A stretch of DNA of 64,000 nucleotides from Phoronis australis. Its lineage: Eukaryota; Animalia; Phoronida. The stretch's first letter is position 1. Every line of letters begins with the position of its first letter. Made by a program: the position numbers and the translations under genes. Below the pieces are notes generated by a model. It was not told the origin of the DNA, did not search any database, and saw nothing but the letters and a program-made list of their open reading frames with translations. Positions 25,901-37,900 of the stretch are shown here, in pieces. The stretch covers positions 35,121 to 99,120 of the forward strand of contig NMRA01000622.1 of the NCBI GenBank assembly GCA_002633005.1. The letters run 5' to 3'.

Positions 25901-28900
25901 TCAGTGGAGACTAGGCATTCCACTTGACGCTCTGCCATCATGATAGGTAATTCTGGGTCATGTTGTCCGATTACTTTTGGCAATGTACATTGTATTGTGT
26001 GGTAGAAAAATTCTAATTAACTCCAGTCTCTGATGTTCACATCGCAACAATAAGCACTTTAATTTACTCTAAATTTAACAAAAATGTCATTTGCCAATTG
26101 GCCATCAGCATATGAGCAAATGTTGATTATTGCCACATGTACACAAATGACAATAGCTTTAGAGTTACTTGTACTCAGGCACTCATCTCTGAACTCAAAA
26201 TCGACTCAGACAGTATTGAAATTTCTGCAATCACACTGCAAAAATAGAGGACAGTAAGTTGTACTTAAAGTGTCAGCTTTGCAACTGGTCAATAGTGGAG
26301 ATTCAAGAACTAAAAGACCATGACCAGATATGAGACAGTTTACCAACCTTTGAACAAAACTCTACTGATCATTCCCGGGATGACGATCATAAACATAGGG
26401 AACATCTTGAGGTATCCTGCCAACAGAGTGCCTCCCTGAGCATGGGAGAGACTTTTAGCTGCCAGGGCACGTTGTACCATCATCTGTAACACACTAGATT
26501 ATTACAAGTAGTGCCATGGCACATACCATCATCTTAACACACTAGATTTATTACAAGTAGCGTCAGGGCACGTTATACCTTCATCTGTAACACACTAGAT
26601 TATTACACGTAGTGTCAGGGCACATTATACCATCACCACCTGTAACACACTAGATTATTACAAGTAGTGTCAGGGCACGTTATACCATCATCACCTGTAA
26701 CACACTAGATTATTACAAGTAGTGTCAACACGTTGTACCATCATCACAACTCCACAGTATTGCGTTGGTAAAAACAACAATGGCGGAGATGGTCTCCCAC
26801 CCATAACATACAACCCCGAATTACAGAAAAATATTTTAAAGAATTTTGGCTTGTTTCTTACAGGTATACTAAAGGCTATTAAATTTCTTAAGATTTGTTA
26901 ATAAAATTCTTTTTGAGACACAGGGTCAGGGTAGGGACTTTTTTCTCTTTCCTGTTCAAAATTCTTTACAGCAGACAAGGATTAGAAACACAGAAATTAC
27001 AAGTTTCGTAATAAGCACCTATTTTAGGATGAACACTACTATTTCTCAATGATTAAGCACAATTTCATCCACGTGATTCTGTAAGTGACTTGCATTATTC
27101 CTAGTTACATCAAAACAATTACTTACTTAATAAAATAAATTTCTTTTCTACTTGACATTTGAAAATTGAATTTTTTTTAAATAGCCACTCGTAGCACTAA
27201 AAATGCATGGAATTCACAGACAAAAATGCATCAATTTCTCAAACACAATCAGATTTTGACAATTTTTTATTTTGCACACTCGAAAAAATCAACTAAATAA
27301 CCTTAAGAATATGAGATCCAGGCACTTGGTAAGTGATGCAGATGGGCATGAGATGTCTTCAACATCTCTCGTGGCGCTTTTTATTGCCCATCTTTCCAGA
27401 GATTATTATTTTATCTTTATGTTATTTGTACACTCATATTTCTGTACCTTATCAGTCATAATAAATGACCTTATATCACCTATACACGGTCTCCTTTGTA
27501 TCTCTGGAAATGGAGCTTGCGACGCACCTATTATTTTCGGGACATACTCTGAGCATAAATTATATTTTAGCCGGTAATAGTCAACTCTCGAATAATGGAC
27601 CTTGATCGTGAGCAAAAGTTAACAGGCACCTATAGTTTTATGATACAATGAGGTGTCATAAAGGATTGCATAGTAATTAGGTGACTAAGCAGCTGAACTG
27701 AATTCAATGGGTTATTGACAAATTGTGTTCGCATTAGCAAATTCCAACCTTCAACAATCATCAAAGGACGGTCAATTTTTACGTGGACTGGGTTCCTCAT
27801 GATCATTTTTGAAAACAAAACAGTTAACGTTATAATTCAAACAGTCTCAAAACTGGAAGGTAACATCACAATGTTACTTCTGATCAACGCTTTCCTTTAC
27901 AATCATATAGTTTATCTCTCCATTTTTGTGGCCAAGAACACGTGGTGCCTGTGAAAGTGTCATGAATGATCTAGAGGACCTTGTCAGAATCCATTCACTG
28001 ACGAATGGCTTTGTAATAGGTGTGTGATTTCCAAGTTTGCCTTATGAAAAAACTTGAGGAAATTCTCATCCTGAAACTCATTGAGAACCTCATTGGATTC
28101 CAGTGAAATTTCAATGAGAATTAAACTAACTGAGATGCCAGTCAAATTAGTGAGAAAAAATCTATCTCTAGTGAGAACACACAGTTACTAGTGACAATGC
28201 AGTGACATTCGAATTTACATAGCATTCCCACTAAGTGAGAATTCATTTTACTGAAAATCTCAGAGTGAAAATCTCACTGGGTGAGAATTTTGAACTTTTG
28301 TGTGTGCATTTTATAGCCATTGACTGAATTAGATGAGAGTTCAAAGCTTTATTGGTGACCAAAATGCTGCTTACTTTTGTGAGTTTATTTTGAAATTTGA
28401 CCAAAGGTACAATTTAATAAAATTGAAAATTATGAAATACCGCAGACTTAAACTAACAATTTCAATACTTTTGGTGAATCAGCAAAATACTAAAAACTCA
28501 GCTGTCAATACAGAATGAAGACACCAGTCTAATACTGGTGCTTCATGCACTCTACTAGATGTGGAATGTACTAACTTTAAGCTATTAACACAGAATTTCA
28601 GCCCAGGTTGCCATCTGGTTGACTTGCAAACAAACTGTTCAGTAATTTCACAATATTTGTGAGAAAAACATAAACAATTTCAAGAGCTATTTCTCTACTT
28701 CATACCAACTGTTCATTCCTGGTGTCATTTTAGGAATTCAGATATCTGGTCCAACTGATATTTCCACAAGAACAGCCAATGAGTGTGTTTGTTTATCTTA
28801 AATTCTCACTGAATTCTTACTTCAGTTTTTGCAAGTCCAAATTCTCCCTCAATCCTCACTCAGAATTTTTCTACGTCTGAAATTCTCACTGGATTCTCAC

Positions 28901-31900
28901 TCAGAATTTTCCTAAAACCCAAAATTCTTACTGTTACATAATTTTTTCTGACTATTTTCTCACTGGAGTGAGATGCTCATTTTTTCATGAGGGTAAATTC
29001 AAGGATCAAAATGCAAGCATGACCATTCATAGCCACACATCTCCACCATCTTCACTCCAGTTCATTGTCGTCAACTTGCTTGTGTCATGGTTTTCATCAG
29101 AAAAACACACTGCTCTCTAATCACTTTTTTGTTTATTAATACCAACAAAAACTTCTAACTTGAATTATTATGTTGATGGCATAAGCTAATATTGTGTGAA
29201 TGGTGTCAGACAAGGCAAAGTGTGTGCTACTTCATAGCAGAAACAAGCAGGGTCATGAGAGTCAGCTAGGAGTGCAACAGTAGCTAATGGGGCCAGAGAT
29301 AAGAGAACTACCAGTGAAGGCATGCAAGGGGATTAAGCCAAGATCAGTGAACTAGCACAGGTCATATGTAGGAGAGCAATACATCAAAGCAAGACCTAGT
29401 TACCTGTTTATATTTAGAACCAAGAATGTTACTCTGACCACAGTTGATGAAATAGACAGATGTTTGAGACTATAAGTTGTCCAATACCCCTTGCAGTTTT
29501 GATATTTATAGACAGTGTACATGTGTTAAAGCGCTACAATGAAGGCACTTTTAAAGAGGAGTTCTTGCATTTTTTAAGGAAATTTCCATCAATATGGCAT
29601 AATTTATTTGCTCTGAAAGGTATTTTTAATCTTTTAGTTGATTTTTTAAAAAATAAATATTAAATGATTTCAACAATTAATCAAACTGTAGCAAATATAG
29701 ACCCTGATGTTGGCCAACACTGAATCAAATAAACACAGAAAAATCAGGACCCTTAACTGGGAATCGAACCACAGATGTCTAGATTGCCAGTCTATTGCTC
29801 TTACACTAAGCTACTCAGGGCCTATTCCTGCATGTGCAATTACTGTTTGCAGCCAACAGTTGTATCATCCGTACCATGAGTGGCATTTAGTCTTTTTCAC
29901 ATGGGATTTGGACAATTAGTGTGTGTTAATTAGATAAAGTAAATATAGTCGCTGATGTTGGCCAATAGTGAATCATATAACACAGAAAAATCAGGAACCT
30001 CAACGGGAATCGAACCACAGGTCTCTAAACTGCGGCTCTAGTGCTCTTACCACTGAGCTCCTGAGGACCCGATTTAGAGACCAGCAATTTAGAGACCTGC
30101 GGTTCAATGCCCAGTTGGGGTTCTTGATTGTTCTGTGTTATTTGATTCACTACTGGCCAACATCAGTGGCCATATTTACTATATCTAATTAACATAAACG
30201 TCTGGTAAATTGCTGATTAAATAATTGTCCAAATCTCGCATGAAAAAGGTAAAATGTTGCTATGGGATGGATGACATGTGGTAAAGTCATGCGATTTTTG
30301 AATGTCCCGCCATTTTGGGACAAAAATAAATACTTCCAAAATTAATTTCCATGATCCATGAAATACGTAAAAGGTCCAAATTTCAGTTTTTCAGTGTTCA
30401 TTAATTTCGCACTCCATTGATTATCACCATCAAACTGATATCAGATAGTCCTCCATACGAAACACAATGCACTCAAACACAGAAAAAATAAGTTCACAAA
30501 CGATTTTTGATAGTGACCTATGGATAGCACAGAGAATTTTCACAGAAATAACTGGTAAAAATTGTGGAATGTGTTCATATCAGAGAAACAGATGATGCTC
30601 ATCTGGAACTAGCAGTAGATGTAAATCATAATGCAGTGGACAACGTAACACAAGTAGAAACACTTAGGAAATTTGCAATTGACCATACCATGATTTTAAC
30701 ACATTTCACAAAGTAACTGAAGTGCCTTAGTTTGTGTAACTATGTACCTGATCAGCACACCAGTACCACATAGAAGCTGGCGTCTGTCCAAAGAGAAATC
30801 CAGGCCAGGGCATGTCTGAGTTGACTGGGTCTCGCAGGATGATGAATGCGTCGTCCTTAGGCACTCCACATGTGGAATTGCTGGCGAGTGTGGTATTGGG
30901 TATGGCTAATGGATATTGTTGTACCAGGCCTTGATAACCACCAACTCGAATGAAACCTTTAACAACAGCAAGGCAGAGCATTAAAACAAACCCCAGTGCA
31001 TTGCTTATTAAGTGTGAAATTAAAAACCTACAGGCTTTATACTTTCTGAAAATGCATCACCTTATAAACTGGGTTTGGAATGTATTTGGCAACATGCAGA
31101 GATTTGTTGACTGGTGCTAGATAACCTTAAGATTCCATAGGACCTTATTGACAACTTTGCGGAATATTTAACAAAATGTATAAAAAATATAGATTTTAAC
31201 ATTTCTGAAAGTGGAAAACCTGTAGAACTTGATCGAACTTTGATCAAAAAAGAAAGGGACATTGATGGCAAAACAATGTTACCAATAACATGACCAAATC
31301 CTATTTGATGTAAATATTCAAGATGAGATCTAAAAATGCCATAAGAATTTTTGAAAAACATTTTTTCTTCATGCAAATCATGAAGTCTTGCAGGGGAGCA
31401 TTTTAAGGACAATTATTAGCAGTGCTTTTAAGAACAATGCATAAAGCACAGCATCAATAACTTTCATGTGAACCCGATCAGCCATTTCTGAGATAAATAT
31501 AAAACGAGAGCGCTCGGAGGAGCGACACTTGGCGGAACTAATCGAAAAGACGACGATGAGGGAGACGACGACAATCAAGACGATCAAGGCGGCAATTATG
31601 AATAAGACGATAACACGATAACATTCATGTGACTAACGAAGAAATCAAATAGAGAGCAGACAATCAACTACAATAAAGAACAATAGATGGCCCAGCATGA
31701 CGGACGAGTCTACAGTAGAACAGTGCTGGCTGGGTCAGTCTGGGTCAACTAGGGATAATCAAAACAAAGTGAACTGAAAGCCAGCCAGCTGCGCGCATAC
31801 TAGTAGGTGACCGAAGGAACAACGGTATCCGAAAATCTCAAATAATTCCAAAAGTAGACGTCGTAGCGCAAAATGGAAAATATCTCCTGAAAGCCCGTTC

Positions 31901-34900
31901 AAATCTCTATCTAAAGTGGTAGTTTGGCAAAAATCAAAAAAATTTTCGAGAAAATTGAAAATTTGCCGTTTTTTTTGAAATTCAAAGTCAAATAACTCGA
32001 AAACGGTAAGTCAGAGAAATACGCTCTCGCAGACTTTTTGAAAGGCCATACTTCAAGGAATCCACATGCAAAAATTCATGTCATTTGCTCTTCCCATAAA
32101 AAATGCGACACCAGAGCGATTGAAACCGTGTGAACATGCCCCACAGCCGCCATCTTGAAAGTGACTTCCGGTTCAATAATTTTTTATAAAAGCTTATTAA
32201 ACTCAACAAACACGTGAACAGTTTGAAAGTGATTGCTTTGCAAATGCGCCCTCTACAGGAGAAAACGTTTTTAGCCATATTTCGGGGTGCCACCTTTCAC
32301 CGGAAGTCAACGTTTTTCTGCACAATTGCAGCACATGCGTTCTAGTATATTCGTGCCGATTTTCAGCAATTTAGGTCGAAAAATGCGGCCTCTACAAGTA
32401 TTTGACTGTGAAATCGGATACAAAATGGCCGCCACGTCCGCCATTTTGTGTCCGATCATGACCAAAAACAATAGCGTTCCAGGGTTTCCCGATCTACAAG
32501 TTGTGTGCAAATTTCGTGAAAATCGGACCAGAATTAGGACCTGTAGAGAGCGAACAAACAAAAAAAAAAACTTGCTGTCAGAGCAACATACTTGGCGGAA
32601 GAATTCCGCCAAGTAACTAGTTTTCCTTGCATTCTACATAACGTTAATTCAGTTCAATGACAAGAACAAAGAAACATACTCAGTATCATGAGGACCACTC
32701 CACCCAGCACCATGATGAAGGCCTGTAGTGTGTCAGTGTAAATGACTGCAGCCAGGCCACCTGAGGAAGCAAATTATAAGGAGATCAGAGATGTATACAA
32801 GTTCAGTAGCAGTATTGTGATTTTTTCCCAGTTCAGATGAGCAAAGACAAAGGTTTTAAAGTGACACTTAAAAACCTATGCTTATGGTACAATATATTAA
32901 CTTTCACAACATCATCTATAATTCATTAAAGCTCTCATTTCAACCTGTTTAGCTGAAAAATACAAACATCAACTTGGGCCTTTTACTTAATTCAGTCTCA
33001 TAATCAGAGCAATTTTGGAATTTTTAGGAAATGTCCAACCCAATATAGTTTAAGGCGATTGCATTTGATTTTGATGTTGGTAACAGAAATTGAATTGAAT
33101 TGAATTGAGTTGTTGGCTCATTCGGCAACAATTAAAGATTTGGTGAGCAAAGTGCTTTGAATAAGAATTCAATATTGACAGTTTAAAAGTGGAGAAGTTC
33201 CTTTCATTTAAAACCCAAATAATTCAACAACTTTTCTTATGCAATGTGTTTTCATGTCCCATAAAAGCCCAGGGCATTGCCCCTCACTGATAACAGTGAC
33301 TATTGACCAAGATATGAAAAACAGAACTGCAAACAACAATTTTAGAAGCCAATAGTTCACACACTTATCTAAACCAGCTCAAGAGATACAGAGTGAATAA
33401 GGTTTGAGATACCCTAAATCTAAGTTTACAGCATACAGAATTTATTATATAACATCAAAATTACATTTGTGTCACCAGTAGGGCGGCTCTGGTCAAAAAC
33501 AGGTACCGGGTACCCAGATTCAATGAAACTGTTAATTCACACAAATCTGACAACCACATATTTACAGAACATTAATTATAAGTAGATCAACTTAATCATA
33601 ACAAGATATTACATCTTTGAGAAGATGAATCAGATGACACATCCAACCATTTTCAACTTTGCAACAGGTAAGCTTAGGTTATGTCTAATAGGTCTGGACC
33701 TTACTGACTTGTCTCTGTCTCAACAAAACTGCTAGATTTTAAGTTGGTAAAGGTATATATTTTCTAAAACTAGAAAGCCCAAAGAATTTGATTTGTGACT
33801 TTATACCAATCTGCTATTAATTGAATCACATGACTATGTATTTTTATTGAAAATTAGCAAAAAAGGCAAAAGCCACAGCAAAACAACTGTATCAATAATA
33901 TGACCAAATCTTGCTCTAAATATTCAAGACGAAATTTTAAAAGTACAGTAACTCTTATTTTTATAAATTATTGTTTCATTTTTGTTCAAGCAACATTTGA
34001 TTTTTTTTCATAAAAATCATATTTTGACAGCCACCAATGCAAAAGTGGGAAGTTAAAAAAAATCCTAACAGTGTTTTGTTATTCGATAACAGTGTGTAAC
34101 ACATGGTTTCTGAAACTTTCATATGAATCCAATTAGACATTTCTGATATAATGATGAAGTCAGCCAAATATCATGATGGCTCCTACAACACCTTACTATA
34201 GTATGCCATTTGCCAAATATGCCCAAGATCTGAATTTTACCTATTTATGACAACCTTTATAAGTTGCGCAGTCATATATCAAGCATAAGCGAAGCACAAG
34301 GCGATACAAGCTTCACTCGTAATAAACTTGCCATTTACAGAACACAGTCTAGTTTTCAGTCATTCGGATGAAATTCGCCAATAACCCCCAGATCGTGAAG
34401 CCAAGGCACAGACAACACAAATCATGCACCGTAGACAACAGAAACATGGGCACTGAGTCAAGGCAGTGAGAATGGCAAGTCACTACCAGCTCCTCATTTA
34501 TGATTGACATGTATTCGCAAGCTAATTTCCAGAGATGAGAAGTCCATAACAATTCCTCACATAGAAATTCCTACCAACTGCTCATATAGGAGAAGTTCTT
34601 ACCTACTCCTCACATAACAGGCATCTCTAATAGTCTTCACAATAAGAAGTCCCTACCAACCCCTTACATAGATGAAGTCCTTAAAAACCCCTCAACAGAC
34701 TTCCCTACCAACCCATCTTATAGTAGAAGTCCCTACCAAGTCCTAACAAAATTAGGAGACATCTCTGCCATTGACCCCTCATATAGGACATAGTCCCTAC
34801 AAACCAATCATATTAGAGATGTACCTACAAACCCCTCACATACAAGTTCCTACCAACGTCTCATACAGGAATAGTACCTACCAATCCTTCAAACAGGAGA

Positions 34901-37900
34901 AGTACCTACCAACCTCTCATACAAGAAGAATCCCTGCAAATCCTCATGTAAAAGACTCTACAAACCCCTCATATATGAGAAGTCCCTACTAACCCCTCGT
35001 ACAGGAGAAGTACCTACCAACCCCTCATACACAAGTCAATGCCAACTCCACAGATGAGAAAAGTACATAGATACCAACTCCTCATACAGAAGACCACCTT
35101 CAGTTGACAAGAAAAACTCCAAACTAATGCTCATCTGAAGAGTGGAGAGAGTAATTAAGCATGCTTACTAATCTAACAACAGCCAGTACAAAGAGTTTAC
35201 ATTAACAAAGAAGAAAGAAGAAGAGCAGTGTGTTATAAGCACTCAGCAACAAGTTATCCCATGCACCATGGTCTGATATATTGTGCCCGAAATTTTGAGA
35301 AACAGTTTTTTCCACTAAATAACGGGCATCAAACTGCCCCATGGATAGTCTTTGTAGGACTATTACTGAACGGACATGTGATTCTTTATCTTTTATTCAT
35401 GATTACTTCCTCAAAGAAAATTATGCAGCAACATTTCAGAAACAGCCGTACAGTTGCACACAGACGGTAACTATCAGTTACCACAACACCCAGGTTAGTA
35501 TTGTCAAAAATAATCATTGTTCCATTTAATGTACAGATGTCCAAAAGTTGTGCTGATGCTGGTCCTTTAACAAGGTTCTTTTAAAACACTCCGTTAAGCA
35601 AGTTCTTGTAATAAATATATAGCAATTGGTGATTTTGTCAAGCTAAAACTTTGAACGGAGTCATAAATATTCCAGGTCAAATTTGATTTTGAAAGGTTGG
35701 CATATTTCTGTGACAGTAGGTCTCCTCGTACAGTATAATGTACCAACTACCTTCATTATTCTAAAGTGACATTTTTACCCTTTCATCCACAAACTAAATC
35801 CTCGATTTTGAGCACTATAAATTATGTGACTGCACTTTTCAAATGTTTTCCGTTTTCCTTCAAAACAATTACGTTCGCGTGCAAACAACTTGTGATAATT
35901 GAACAGCGTTTTCCAGTAAACCGCCCACTTGACTACAAGAAGTGCGAAGGCATGCATGCCAGAGAAATGAATGAAGTTCATTCTTCACCAAGCATATTCA
36001 GCCCGTTAACCCAATTTTTGTCCCAGTTAAATGATGTATTTCCCAACATAGATGGAAGGTCACACAGAGAGGCTCATTTTTGCATCAGTGCAAAAATTAA
36101 GCAAAGTTTGCTAATAGTAGAAATTAGTCAAATTAATGTATGGGACATTGTGGAGTTTTTTGGGTCACATTAGTATTTTTTGTCTATCTTGATTCAATTG
36201 TTTTGGGAGGCAGCCATGTGTGACTTTATTTGTAACCACAATATGTTATGATTCTTCACTTATTTCACACACTCAGCTCATATACAATTCTGAAAATTTA
36301 TGCATGCTTGACACTCCAGAGCTCAGAGATGAGGCTTGAACATTGAGCCCTGAGCCAGTTGAGTTTGTGTACAATACAGGTAACAGCTCACGGAAGTTTT
36401 GGCAAGTTTACTATTCATGGTTTCAAATAAACAGATATCAAAGAATGTGATGAACTCATGCCAGTTGTCCAAATGCAGGGATTTGTGTGCAAAACAGGCT
36501 CTTGAGTTCACTTAGTCACTGCTGCACATACTTGCCTCCAAGAACCATAGAGAGAAGCCTTTAACATTTACAGCACATATGATTTTTTGTCCGACCAGAT
36601 GGAAATTGGTCAACGACCAGTCGTCTAGCCAACCTGAGCAGCCAATCAGCAAGGGTCGGCCTGGAGCCTTCAGTAGAGTCGATCGTCAACTAGGTCAGCA
36701 AATTGGTCACCTAGCTCAGACGACAAATTCAGAATGCGCATCTGAAGTCGGTAATTACCAGTTTATGACTTAACATCAGCGATGAAGTTTGGCCAAACAG
36801 GCATCGAACTGTTTGTTGTTAGTTCTCTAGTGGCCACTCTAATCTTAAACCCACAGTATCAATTTTCTCTCGACTACTTAACATATTTAAAACTGAACAA
36901 ATTGCGTGAAATTAAAACAAAGTAAGTGTTTTTTGTGGAATTATTGACAGCGTGGTAAATCAAACGCCAAATAATCTCGCGGAAATATACTTTCGAACTC
37001 TAGCTTTGATGCATTTTTTAAGCATAACAATTAAATCAAGAAACGTAAATGTTACAGTGAAATAAGTATAAAAATTCAAAAACAACGCTGACGTGTTACG
37101 ACCGCAGATGTTTTCAAGCCAAGAAATGTCCTATGAGTAGCTTGCAATTGACCTATCGCAAGCTCCGCCCCTATGCGAAAAGTGATACCCGACATTCGAA
37201 CGAGATGTCAGAGACAAATACACTGTCGCTAAATGACGTTCCTGGTGGAATCGATGAGTGTTTTTGCACTATTTGAAAACGCTTTGACAGAGACAAGAGG
37301 CGATGCTTTTCAACAAAGAATCGTACGTTCATGATATGGGAATTTGTAAAGGTGACGATGAAAAAATAAGTGCTCGAGGAGCCAGCGAAAATCCGGAGAA
37401 CCTCGGCCGCGGGGCTACCTTCACCTGACAAATGACAAGGCCACTGATACGATATGTTCATGTAAAGCTGGGTATGTACCTTAAAGTCGAATTATCTGTA
37501 CGATTCCATAGATTTCATGATCTTTCGAATAAAATCAGTGAAGATTCACCGATATTTTTATTCTGTCGTCTGCTAAATTTTGCCAAATGAAAAGTAGGTC
37601 ACAACTGGTGGGACTCCTGGAGTAAAGTAGGTCATAGATTACAGACAACACATGCACTATATAGTGTCTGACTAGGTCGACTCGATAGCACTATTTACGC
37701 TTTTCTAATCTTGTAACGAAATAATATATAAATATTTTGATCAAAAAATTCAGGTTCATAGCTCAGGTACACACACATCTCGTCCTGGCCAAACAGTTAG
37801 CTACGGTAGGTCTAGGGCTGTGTCTAAGTAAAATTAATGTCTGGAATTCAGTGGCGGATCTAGGATACCACAGGGGGGGGTCAACATATGTTGCCTCGTG

